NCBI GenBank assembly: GCA_045127595.1
Contig: JBGVQS010000027.1
Location: 42,447-66,446 of the forward strand
Source of the DNA: Candidatus Scatosoma sp.
GTDB lineage: Bacteria > Bacillota > Clostridia > Christensenellales > Borkfalkiaceae
Reading direction: 5' to 3'
DNA: 24,000 nt
Shown: positions 1-8,617 of the stretch, piece after piece
Layout of the letters: the number at the start of each line of letters is the position of its first letter
How positions within the stretch are numbered: the stretch's first letter is position 1
Program-made: the position numbers and the translations under genes
The notes under the pieces: generated by a model
Database searches by the model: none
What the model saw: only the letters and a program-made list of their open reading frames with translations
Told to the model about the DNA's origin: nothing

Positions 1-402
1 TATGCGATTTCCAAAGAAACGACGGCAAAAGAAGGGGAAAAGCTTGTGGGCAAAAACGCATTCGTGCTTTCTTCGGGCAATATCAAATTGATGGATTTGC
101 CCTATTGTCCGTTTGGAAAAACTTGCTCCGTATGCGATAAAAAAGAAGAATATGCGCTTAGGGACGAAAACGGGCGAATTTTCCCTGCAAAGCGTTATCT
201 TTCGGCGGACGGCGCTTGCCGTTTTGAAATCTATAATTGCGCTTCGCTTGTCGGCGTAGGGTTAAAAGGTTTTGGCAAATTATTAGATTTATCCGTTTGC
301 AAGGAAAAAGAAGGGGCGTTTTTAGCGAGAAACGACGAAGAAAAACAAAAGGAACTGTATAAAACGTATACGTCGGGACATTTTAGACGGGGCGTAGAAT
401 AA
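1..402 (+). CDS. 3' end of a CDS entering from upstream of the window; Cys-rich C-terminal domain, product uncertain (weak resemblance to C-termini of U32-family peptidases)
   Basis: Frame 1 is open from base 1 through the listed Met at 46 and ends at TAA 400-402. It contains the Cys clusters CPFGKTCSVC and CRFEIYNC. The family guess rests on recollection only. Confidence 0.45.
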   Translation, partial: YAISKETTAKEGEKLVGKNAFVLSSGNIKLMDLPYCPFGKTCSVCDKKEEYALRDENGRIFPAKRYLSADGACRFEIYNCASLVGVGLKGFGKLLDLSVCKEKEGAFLARNDEEKQKELYKTYTSGHFRRGVE

Positions 403-411
403 GGAAATAGA

Positions 412-2811
412 ATGAACGCAAGAGCACTTGAAAAAACAGAACTGAATAAAATTCTTTCGCTCGTTGCGGAATACGCCGTAACGGACGGCGGAAAGCGCAA
501 AATCACGGAAACCGAACCCGCCAGCATATTGTCTGAAACGGTTCAACGTTTGCGCGTTACCGAAGAATGTATAAAACTACTCTTTACGCACGGCGTTGCG
601 AAAATAGAGAGTTTTGAAGCAATTACCGACGAGATCGGCAGGGCGAAAAAGGGCTCGGCGCTGTCTTGTGCGGAGTTGAAAAAAGCGGAAACGTTACTGC
701 GTGCTACAAGAATTGCGCATACTAGTATCTCTGCGGTCAACGACGAAGAAATCCGCTTAATGAAAGAAGAAGCGGATCGGCTTTATTATGACGCAAACTT
801 AGAAGAAGATATTTCCACAAAAATTCTCAGTGATACGGAGATCAGCGATTACGCCAGTGATAAACTGTATTCCGTGCGCCGTGAAATTCGGTTGTTGAAT
901 GAAAAAATTCGTGCTCGTCTTGCGGAATATTTAACGGGCAGCGAGGGGAAGTATTTACAAGACGGTATTGTAACAATGCGTGATAACCGTTACGTATTGC
1001 CCGTTCGCGCGGAGTATAAACGGAACATCAAAGGCTTTATCCACGACCGTTCAGCAAGCGGCGCAACTTTCTTTATCGAGCCGGAAGAAGTTTTGGAAAT
1101 GAACAACGAGCTTCGCTCTCTTGCCATTGACGAACGGGAAGAAGTAGAACGCATTTTAGGGGAATTATCCCGCCGAGTCGGCTTTATCGGCGAGGAGCTT
1201 CTTATTGATATTGAGATTTTGGAAATCATAGACGGTGCTTACGCTCGCGCGGAATACGCGTATAAGCTTTCATGCGTACGCCCTGAAATGAACGATAAGG
1301 GGATTATTTCTATCGATATGGGACGACACCCGTTAATCGATAGAAAAAAAGTCGTTCCCGTCAGTTTATCCTTGGGGAAAGAATACCGTTTTCTTTTAAT
1401 TAGCGGTCCAAATACGGGCGGTAAAACGGTAACGTTAAAAATGGTCGGGCTTTTTTCGCTTATGGCGATGTGCGGGCTTTTTATTCCTGCCAAACGAGCA
1501 ACACTCTCCATTTTTGACGAGATTTATTGCGACGTTGGGGACGCGCAAAGCATTGAAGAAAGCTTGTCCACCTTCTCGTCGCACATAACGAATATTATCG
1601 ATATCGTCAACAAAGCCAATGCCAAAAGCTTGGTATTGATTGACGAGCTTGGCGGCGGTACTGATCCAGACGAAGGGCAGGCACTTGCAAAAGCGATCGT
1701 TTCCCATCTATTGCGTACAGGTTGCGCAGGCGTTGTTACAACGCACTATACTTCTTTAAAGGAATTTGCTTTTTCCGCAAACGGTATTGAGAACGCTTGT
1801 ATGGAATTCGACAGCAATACCTTGCAACCCCTTTACGTAATCCATATCGGTTTGCCTGGGGCTAGTAACGCTTTGGCAATTTCGCGGCGTTTGGGGCTAA
1901 AAGAAAGCGTGTTGCAAGAAGCACTTTCCAACTTATCGGTAGACGCACAGCGTTTTGAAAATATCGTTCGCAGTGCCGAAGATAGCCGTATTCAAGCGGA
2001 AGAAACGTTAAAGGAATGTAATCGCTTAAAAGCGGAATGGCAAGAAAAAATCCTTGCGCTTGATAATGAACGTGATAAGCTAAAAAAAGAAAAGGAAAAA
2101 TTATACGTTTCAGCGAAAGCGGAAGCTCGACGAATTATCAACGATAAGGCGGCGGACGCGGAAGAACTCTTAAAGGAAATTGAAGAAATTTTTGCTAAGG
2201 AAAGCGTGTCTGAAGCGGATTTAATCAAGGCACGCACGTTAAAGAATAAAATCATTTCCAAAACGTACGAACAGGACGAAGAGCAGGAAACGCAAACGCA
2301 ATATTTGCCTGTCAAGGGCGAAACGCTCAAAATAGGCGCGAACGTTTTTGTGAAAACGATTCAACAGGAAGGCAACGTGCAAAACGTACGTCTTCAAAAA
2401 GAGGAAGCGGAGGTTCTTTGCGGCAATATGCGCCTGCGCTGTAAATTTTCCGATCTTGCGGTTGTAATTAAACCGAATATTACACAAACTAACGCTAAGA
2501 AAAAATATAAAATGCAGGAAAAGTCGGAGAAGGTGCAAGTAAGCAAATCTTTAACGCCGAAACCCGTTCCGACCTTGGAAATCAACGTAATCGGCAAGAC
2601 TGTTTACGAAGCGTTGCCCGACGTGGAAGCGTTTATCGATTCTGCCGTTATCGCAAACCTTTCGGAGGTCAGGATCGTACACGGCGTAGGAACAGGAAAG
2701 CTCCGCGCAGGGATTCACGAATTTTTACGAACGCACAGAAACGTGGAAGAATACCGCTTGGGTAAATACGGAGAAGGGGAAACGGGCGTAACGATCGTCA
2801 AAATCAAATAA
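412..2811 (+). CDS. mutS2: Endonuclease MutS2 (MutS-family ATPase with C-terminal Smr domain)
   Basis: 799 aa. Walker A GPNTGGKTVTLK and Walker B region LVLIDELGGGTDPDEG are present. A long charged coiled-coil linker leads to a C-terminal Smr-like block (VRIVHGVGTGKLR). An AAGGA RBS lies upstream. Confidence 0.95.
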   Translation: MNARALEKTELNKILSLVAEYAVTDGGKRKITETEPASILSETVQRLRVTEECIKLLFTHGVAKIESFEAITDEIGRAKKGSALSCAELKKAETLLRATRIAHTSISAVNDEEIRLMKEEADRLYYDANLEEDISTKILSDTEISDYASDKLYSVRREIRLLNEKIRARLAEYLTGSEGKYLQDGIVTMRDNRYVLPVRAEYKRNIKGFIHDRSASGATFFIEPEEVLEMNNELRSLAIDEREEVERILGELSRRVGFIGEELLIDIEILEIIDGAYARAEYAYKLSCVRPEMNDKGIISIDMGRHPLIDRKKVVPVSLSLGKEYRFLLISGPNTGGKTVTLKMVGLFSLMAMCGLFIPAKRATLSIFDEIYCDVGDAQSIEESLSTFSSHITNIIDIVNKANAKSLVLIDELGGGTDPDEGQALAKAIVSHLLRTGCAGVVTTHYTSLKEFAFSANGIENACMEFDSNTLQPLYVIHIGLPGASNALAISRRLGLKESVLQEALSNLSVDAQRFENIVRSAEDSRIQAEETLKECNRLKAEWQEKILALDNERDKLKKEKEKLYVSAKAEARRIINDKAADAEELLKEIEEIFAKESVSEADLIKARTLKNKIISKTYEQDEEQETQTQYLPVKGETLKIGANVFVKTIQQEGNVQNVRLQKEEAEVLCGNMRLRCKFSDLAVVIKPNITQTNAKKKYKMQEKSEKVQVSKSLTPKPVPTLEINVIGKTVYEALPDVEAFIDSAVIANLSEVRIVHGVGTGKLRAGIHEFLRTHRNVEEYRLGKYGEGETGVTIVKIK

Positions 2812-2879
2812 AGAAAAACAAGCATATTTATATGCCCTTTGAAAATAGGATATTACGAGATTTATTTTCAGGGGGCTAT

Positions 2880-3617
2880 ATGAAAAAAAGAGTAAAATCG
2901 GTTGCGGATTTAAAGAAGAACGTTGTAACGAATTTGATTTTGAGTGTTTTGGTGCTTTCGGTTGGCGCGTTATGCCTTGCTCCCGATCGCAGCGAAATAA
3001 CGACGAAAGGGGAAACGGTGGTATACCGTTCCGCGGACGGTTCTTCGGGTGGCGTGTCCTTAATGTTCAACGTGTATTGGGGAACGGAAGAAGTTTACCG
3101 CATTTTGGATATTTTAGACGAACACGGCGCAAAATCGACCTTCTTTATCGGCGGGTGCTGGGCGGACGATAACGTCGAATGCTTAAAAACGATTGCCAAA
3201 CGTGGGCACGAGCTTGGCAATCACGGCTACTTTCATAAAGACCATAAAACTCTTGGTGTTACGGATAACCAACGGGAAATTTCCGAATGCAACCGTTTTA
3301 TCGAACTTGCAACGGGGATAAAACCGACGTTATTCGCACCCCCCTCAGGTTCATACGGGAACGATATGCTTACGGCGTGCTCCCTTTTGAAGCTGAAAAC
3401 TATTTTATGGTCAAAAGATACGATCGATTGGCGGGATAAGGATTCATCGCTCATTTATACCCGTGCGACAAAAAACGTAAAAAGCGGCGATTTTATCTTG
3501 ATGCATCCGATGAAAGAAACGGCGGATGCGCTCAATGATATTTTAAAATATTATGAAAAAAATTCTTTGAAAGTCATTACCGTATCAGAGAATTTGCAGG
3601 AGAATACAGAAAAATGA
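2880..3617 (+). CDS. Polysaccharide deacetylase (NodB-homology) family protein, YlxY/PdaB-like sporulation type, with N-terminal signal anchor
   Basis: NodB-like blocks STFFIGGCW, GHELGNHGYFH, LFAPPSGS and ILMHP are present. I moved the start to ATG 2880 because a GGGGG RBS sits at 2871-2875 and a K-rich n-region plus hydrophobic segment follows; ATG 2832 has no RBS. The deacetylase-then-M16-peptidase order matches my recollection of B. subtilis ylxY-mlpA. Confidence 0.8.
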   Translation: MKKRVKSVADLKKNVVTNLILSVLVLSVGALCLAPDRSEITTKGETVVYRSADGSSGGVSLMFNVYWGTEEVYRILDILDEHGAKSTFFIGGCWADDNVECLKTIAKRGHELGNHGYFHKDHKTLGVTDNQREISECNRFIELATGIKPTLFAPPSGSYGNDMLTACSLLKLKTILWSKDTIDWRDKDSSLIYTRATKNVKSGDFILMHPMKETADALNDILKYYEKNSLKVITVSENLQENTEK

Positions 3618-4852
3618 TCAACGAAAAAAAATACCCCAACGGATTGCGTTTGGTGGTAAAACAAATGCAGGGCTTACTGTCGGTAACGATGGGGATACTC
3701 GTCGGTACGGGCGGCGGTGCGGAAACGGATTCAGAAGACGGTATTTCGCATTTTATCGAACATATGCAATTTAAAGGCACGCAAAAACGCAACGCCTTTG
3801 AAATTTCCGACGCGTTCGATCGCATAGGTGCGCAAGTAAACGCATTTACGGGCAAGGATCTTACTTGTTATTATTCCAAATGCACAACCGACCATACGGC
3901 GGCATGTTTCGAGCTTTTATCCGATTTGTTCCTGTACGCCACTTTTCCCGAAGAAGAAATGGAGCGTGAAAAAGGCGTTGTTTGCGAAGAAATTTCAATG
4001 AACGAGGATTCACCTGAGGATTTATGTTTGGATTTACTTTCTCGCGCGTTTTACGGCACGAAAAATTATGGGAGAAACATTCTCGGTCCAGCTAAAAACG
4101 TAAAGGGCTTTACCGTTTCCGATATTCAACGGTATAAAAAGGCGCGGTATTGCCCTGAAAATATCGTTATTTCCTTTGCAGGCGGAATCGATATGCAAAC
4201 GGCGCAAGCGCTTGTGGAAACGTACTTTGTGGATTTACCGCAAGGGGAATACGAAGAAAGAAAACCGCAAATAACGTTTGCGCACCAGTCTTTGGTTAGA
4301 AATAAACCGATTGAACAAATGCATCTTGCCATTGCATATCCTTCCGTGCGCCGTGGAGACGAACGGGAAGATACGGTCAGCGCGTTGAACGGTATTCTCG
4401 GCGGTTCGATGAGCGCTCGTTTATTCCAAGAAGTACGCGAAAAACGCGGGCTTGCCTATTCGGTGTATTCCTATACGTCGTCTTTTCCTGAATGCGGTTC
4501 ATTGAATATTTACGCGGGCGTGAACCCTGCTAACGTAGGACAGGCATACGACGCGATTTGCAGCGTTATTAAGGAAATGCAGGAAAAGGGGATTACAGAA
4601 GAAGAATTTCTTCGTAGCCGTGAACAAATGAAGTCGGGACTCTTTTTCAGCAGCGAAAGCAGCAATGCGCAAATGCTTTTGTACGGAAAATATATGCTGT
4701 ATTTCAATAAAATTTTTGATTTTGAAGAAAAATTAAATAAAATCAATCAAATGACCTATCAAACAGCGCAGGAAACGCTTGCGACGATGTTTGATGAAAA
4801 ACAAAAGGCTTTGGCGCTTGTGGGCAATACGGATACGCCGTTATCATTCTAA
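3614..4852 (+). CDS. M16 (pitrilysin) family zinc peptidase, MlpA/YmxG-like
   Basis: Inverted zinc motif HxxEH (HFIEHMQFKG). 412 aa, typical of a two-domain M16B protein. Its start overlaps the upstream gene by 4 nt (ATGA). Confidence 0.9.
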   Translation: MINEKKYPNGLRLVVKQMQGLLSVTMGILVGTGGGAETDSEDGISHFIEHMQFKGTQKRNAFEISDAFDRIGAQVNAFTGKDLTCYYSKCTTDHTAACFELLSDLFLYATFPEEEMEREKGVVCEEISMNEDSPEDLCLDLLSRAFYGTKNYGRNILGPAKNVKGFTVSDIQRYKKARYCPENIVISFAGGIDMQTAQALVETYFVDLPQGEYEERKPQITFAHQSLVRNKPIEQMHLAIAYPSVRRGDEREDTVSALNGILGGSMSARLFQEVREKRGLAYSVYSYTSSFPECGSLNIYAGVNPANVGQAYDAICSVIKEMQEKGITEEEFLRSREQMKSGLFFSSESSNAQMLLYGKYMLYFNKIFDFEEKLNKINQMTYQTAQETLATMFDEKQKALALVGNTDTPLSF

Positions 4853-5334
4853 TGGATAGAAAGATCGGCTTTCCGCCCGTATACGATATAGAAAGCAAAG
4901 TGTTGATTTTGGGCAGTTTTCCGTCGGTGAAAAGTAGGGAAATTTCCTTTTACTACGGACACAAGCAAAACCGTTTTTGGAAAATGCTTTGCGGTTATTT
5001 TCACGAAGAAGTACCTGTGTCCACGGATTCCAAAAAGAATTTTTTATTACGAAAGAAAATCGCGCTTTGGGATATAGCGGAATCGTGCGAGATTAAAGGC
5101 TCGTCAGACGCCTCTATTAAAAATGCAAAAATCGTGGACTTGACGGAGATTTTTAATAAGGCAAATCTTCAGCGTATTCTTTTAAACGGCACGCTTGCTT
5201 ACGAGTTATTTCTTTCTCGATATAAGGAAGTGAATATTCCTTATTTGAAAATGCCCTCGACAAGCCCTGCAAATCCGCGCTATAACGAAGAACTATGGAG
5301 AAATGCTTTAGATGAAGTATTCGGAATTTCTTAA
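4852..5334 (+). CDS. DNA-deoxyinosine (hypoxanthine) glycosylase, uracil-DNA glycosylase superfamily
   Basis: The N-terminal block FPPVYDIESKVLILGSFPSVKSREISFYYGHKQNRFWKML matches the signature of this UDG-superfamily clade as I recall it. Its start overlaps the M16 stop by 1 nt. Confidence 0.8.
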   Translation: MDRKIGFPPVYDIESKVLILGSFPSVKSREISFYYGHKQNRFWKMLCGYFHEEVPVSTDSKKNFLLRKKIALWDIAESCEIKGSSDASIKNAKIVDLTEIFNKANLQRILLNGTLAYELFLSRYKEVNIPYLKMPSTSPANPRYNEELWRNALDEVFGIS

Positions 5335-5980
5335 TATATTGCAATCAAAAGCAGAGCCGAACTTTGCGGATTTTCAAAGGAAATTGATATTTACGAAATA
5401 CAAAATTTTAGGCGTTCGTACACCAACGCTTCGAAAGCTTGCAAAAGAATTTCAAGAAAATCTTGAAGAAGTTTTTCATTATCCCAACGAATACTATGAA
5501 GTTGTTTTTATAAAGCTGACAATGGTCTCCATGTTGCCGTATGCAAATTTTTTGGCGTATTTAGACGATAGCGTTTCGCTCATGGATAATTGGGCACTTT
5601 GCGATTCTTTTAAGGCAAAATGCATTAAAAAGCGTTTGGAGGAGTTCTTGCCCGTTTTAGATAAAATCTTTCAAAACGGCGGCGTTTATCACGTTCGATA
5701 CGTGTTGGTTACCTTGTTGTCCTTTTATTGCGACGGAAATTATTTGACGGAATTGAGCGGATATATAGTAAAAGCGGATACGTCAAAATATTACGTACAT
5801 ATGGCAGTTGCATGGCTGACTGCAGAACTTTTAATCAAACAGTATGAATATGGCGTTATCTTGTTAAAAAATAGGTGTTTTGACAAAAAAACACATAACA
5901 AAGCCATTCAAAAAGCGGTAGAAAGCTACCGTCTTTCAACAAGTCAAAAAGAGTATTTACGTACTCTAAAAATAAAATAA
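5312..5980 (+). CDS. DNA alkylation repair protein (AlkD-like HEAT-repeat family)
   Basis: 222 aa all-helical protein with the block DNWALCDSF and a repeat layout typical of the DNA alkylation repair enzyme family. It overlaps the upstream gene by 23 nt. Confidence 0.7.
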   Translation: MKYSEFLNILQSKAEPNFADFQRKLIFTKYKILGVRTPTLRKLAKEFQENLEEVFHYPNEYYEVVFIKLTMVSMLPYANFLAYLDDSVSLMDNWALCDSFKAKCIKKRLEEFLPVLDKIFQNGGVYHVRYVLVTLLSFYCDGNYLTELSGYIVKADTSKYYVHMAVAWLTAELLIKQYEYGVILLKNRCFDKKTHNKAIQKAVESYRLSTSQKEYLRTLKIK

Positions 5981-5993
5981 AGTAAGGTAAAGT

Positions 5994-8162
5994 ATGGACA
6001 TTTTACAAACGATTACACAAGAATTTAATTTAAAGCCTATCCACGCGCAAAATATTGTTTCCTTGATCGATGAAGGGAACACAATCCCTTTTATCGCGAG
6101 ATACCGTAAAGAAATGACGGGTAGCTGCGACGACCAAGTGTTGCGTGAATTTTTTGATAGATTGACCTATCTTCGCAATCTTGAAAAACGTAAAGAAGAA
6201 GTAACGAACGCGATTACGGAGCAAGGAAAAATGACGGATGATATTCGCGCGGCTTTGGGAAAAGCGGTTACGCTTACTGAAGTGGAAGACATTTACCGCC
6301 CCTATAAGCAAAAGAGAAAAACGCGCGCTTCGGTGGCGATTGCAAAAGGTTTGCAGCCGCTTGCCGACGCAATTTTGGCGCAGGATAAAACGCTCGACGT
6401 ATCAGCGGAAGCGGAAAAATATTTATCCGACGAAGTTCCTACCGTAAAGGACGCGATCGACGGGGCGCGTGATATTATTGCGGAAATTATTTCCGACGAC
6501 GCGCAAACGCGTAAAAAGCTTCGTAATTTCTTCTTTAAGCACGGGGAAATTTCTTCCGTATACGCAAAGGGAAAAGAAGCGGAAGACGAAGTAAAAACCT
6601 ATGGAATGTACGCAGAGTATTGCGAACCCATCAGCGAAGTAAAAAGCCACCGCATTCTTGCGCTCAACCGTGGAGAAAAGGAAGAATTTTTAAAGGTATC
6701 CATTGTTGTAGATGAAGAATTTGCAAAGCGTATTACCGCGGCGAGCTTTTTAAAAGACGGCGGCGAAAGCAGCAAGATTGTTAAAGAAGCCGCGGAAGAC
6801 GGGTATACTCGCTTGATTGCGCCTTCGGTAGAACGAGAAGTCCGTGCGCAGCTTTTTGACGATGCAAGCGAGCAGGCGATTAAAATGTTTGAATTGAATT
6901 TGAAACCGCTTTTGATGCAACCGCCCGTCAAGGATAAAATTACGATGGGTTGGGACCCTGCGTTTAGAACGGGCTGCAAAATTTGTGTTGTAGACGGCAC
7001 GGGCAAGGTGCTCGATAAAACGGTTGTGTTCCCCACGCCGCCGCAAAATAAAACAGCGGAAGCGAAAGTCGTTTTAAAACAGTTGATTGCGAAACACGGG
7101 GTAGAGGTCATTTCTTGCGGAAACGGCACGGCGAGCAAGGAAAGCGAAATTTTTATCGCGGAATTGATTAAAGAAATCAAGGCGGAAACAGGCCACGAAG
7201 TCGGCTACGTAATCGTAAATGAAGCGGGCGCGTCCGTGTACTCGGCAAGCGCACTCGGCGCGGAAGAATTCCCCGATTACGACGTTACGGCAAGAAGTGC
7301 GGTATCGATTGCAAGACGTTTACAAGATCCGCTTGCGGAATTGATAAAAATCGATCCGAAATCCATCGGCGTTGGTCAATATCAGCACGATATGAATGAG
7401 AAACGTTTGGACGGTGCACTTTCGGGGGTTTTGGAAGATTGCGTAAACAGCGTTGGTGTGGATTTGAACACCGCGAGCGTTTCGCTTTTGAAATTTGTTG
7501 CGGGGCTCAATTCTTCCGTCGCGAAAAATATCGTTGCGTACCGAGAAGAAAACGGTCGTTTTAAATCGAGAAAACAGCTTTTGAAAGTGCCTAAACTCGG
7601 TGAAAAGGCGTATACGCAATGCGCAGGGTTCTTACGTATCGACGGCGGTGAAAATATCTTGGATAATACCGCAGTACACCCCGAATCGTACGCAAAAGCT
7701 GAAAAATTATTGTCCTTGTTCTCTTATACCAAAGAAGACGTAAAAGCAAGAAGAATTTCCGATTTACGCCAAAAGATTAAAGCATACGGGGAAGAAAAAG
7801 CTGCAAAAGAAACGGAACTTGACAGCGCGACCCTTTCGGATATTGTAACTGAACTTATGAAGCCAGGCAGAGATATTCGTGAAGGTTTGCCTGCGCCTAC
7901 ACTTCGCAAAGATATTATGGGTATTGAAGATTTACGGGTCGGAATGGAGCTTACCGGCACGGTACGTAACGTGGTAGACTTCGGCGCATTTATCGATATC
8001 GGCGTGCATCAAGACGGCTTGGTACATATTTCCGAAATTACGGAACGATACATTAAACACCCGTCGGAAGTTTTAAAAGTAGGGCAAATCGTGCAAGTTT
8101 GGGTAAAAGAAGTAGACGTTAAAAAGAACCGTATCGGGCTTACGATGAAAAAGAAAAAGTAA
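5994..8162 (+). CDS. tex: Tex-like transcription accessory protein (YqgF/HHH/S1 domains)
   Basis: 722 aa. The N-terminus has NTIPFIARYRKE. A central RuvC/YqgF-like region and an HhH region are present. The C-terminal S1 domain reads GTVRNVVDFGAFIDIGVHQDGLVHISE. Confidence 0.93.
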   Translation: MDILQTITQEFNLKPIHAQNIVSLIDEGNTIPFIARYRKEMTGSCDDQVLREFFDRLTYLRNLEKRKEEVTNAITEQGKMTDDIRAALGKAVTLTEVEDIYRPYKQKRKTRASVAIAKGLQPLADAILAQDKTLDVSAEAEKYLSDEVPTVKDAIDGARDIIAEIISDDAQTRKKLRNFFFKHGEISSVYAKGKEAEDEVKTYGMYAEYCEPISEVKSHRILALNRGEKEEFLKVSIVVDEEFAKRITAASFLKDGGESSKIVKEAAEDGYTRLIAPSVEREVRAQLFDDASEQAIKMFELNLKPLLMQPPVKDKITMGWDPAFRTGCKICVVDGTGKVLDKTVVFPTPPQNKTAEAKVVLKQLIAKHGVEVISCGNGTASKESEIFIAELIKEIKAETGHEVGYVIVNEAGASVYSASALGAEEFPDYDVTARSAVSIARRLQDPLAELIKIDPKSIGVGQYQHDMNEKRLDGALSGVLEDCVNSVGVDLNTASVSLLKFVAGLNSSVAKNIVAYREENGRFKSRKQLLKVPKLGEKAYTQCAGFLRIDGGENILDNTAVHPESYAKAEKLLSLFSYTKEDVKARRISDLRQKIKAYGEEKAAKETELDSATLSDIVTELMKPGRDIREGLPAPTLRKDIMGIEDLRVGMELTGTVRNVVDFGAFIDIGVHQDGLVHISEITERYIKHPSEVLKVGQIVQVWVKEVDVKKNRIGLTMKKKK

Positions 8163-8176
8163 TCTCTTTGAAACGC

Positions 8177-8205
8177 TTGACATATTTTGGGAAATATATT
8201 AAAAT
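8177..8205 (+). promoter_or_regulatory. Sigma-A-type promoter for acpP
   Basis: TTGACA (8177-8182), 17-nt spacer, TAAAAT (8200-8205). A GGAGGA RBS precedes ATG 8249. Confidence 0.55.
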
Positions 8206-8248
8206 AATAAGGTAAGTATTTTTACTTTAACAACGGAGGATAATTATT

Positions 8249-8476
8249 ATGTTAGAAAAAATTCAAGCAATGCTTGCAGAAGCGCTCAATTTACCTTTGG
8301 AAAAAGTAACCCCTAACGCAAAGATCGTTGACGATCTCGGCGCGGATTCGTTGGACGTTGTTGAACTTTTAAGCCAACTTGAAGACGAATATGGCATTGT
8401 TATTCCCGACGACGAAGTAGAATCGCTCGTTACGGTAGAAGACGTTGCAAATGCACTTGACAAACTTGTAAAATAA
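8249..8476 (+). CDS. acpP: Acyl carrier protein
   Basis: 75 aa acidic protein with the phosphopantetheine attachment motif DLGADSLDVVEL. Confidence 0.9.
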   Translation: MLEKIQAMLAEALNLPLEKVTPNAKIVDDLGADSLDVVELLSQLEDEYGIVIPDDEVESLVTVEDVANALDKLVK

Positions 8477-8484
8477 GAAAAACG

Positions 8485-8526
8485 GAAAGGAAGGTTCATA
8501 AAGCTATGTGAACCTTTCTTTTTTAG
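8485..8526 (+). terminator. Rho-independent terminator after acpP
   Basis: The core stem AAGGTTCA (8491-8498) / TGAACCTT (8509-8516) is extended by flanking A/G-T pairs and followed by TTCTTTTTT. Confidence 0.7.
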
Positions 8527-8557
8527 GTTAAATTGTGGCAAATACGGGCATAAACGT

Positions 8558-8586
8558 TTGCTTTAAATATTTTTATATGGTATAAT
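8558..8586 (+). promoter_or_regulatory. Putative promoter of the ABC-F gene (extended -10)
   Basis: TGGTATAAT (8578-8586) is an extended -10. A weak -35, TTGCTT (8558-8563), lies at 17-nt spacing. Confidence 0.4.
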
Positions 8587-8617
8587 TGCCAAGTAATAAA
8601 AAGAAACGGAGTGAAAC

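Noticed and set aside
2821-2836. Small palindrome GCATAT-TT-ATATGC after mutS2 as a terminator
   Set aside because: The 6-bp AT-rich stem has a 2-nt loop and no T-tail. The downstream gene is probably co-transcribed.
2832-2879. Upstream ATG 2832 as the deacetylase start
   Set aside because: It has no RBS, and the extra 16 residues precede what looks like the real signal-anchor n-region. ATG 2880 has a GGGGG RBS.
6599-7180. 193-aa - strand ORF, plus other - strand ORFs inside tex, mutS2, purB, ppiB and the ABC-F gene
   Set aside because: All lie antisense within well-supported CDSs and have compositionally odd translations and no start signals. I treat them as shadow ORFs.
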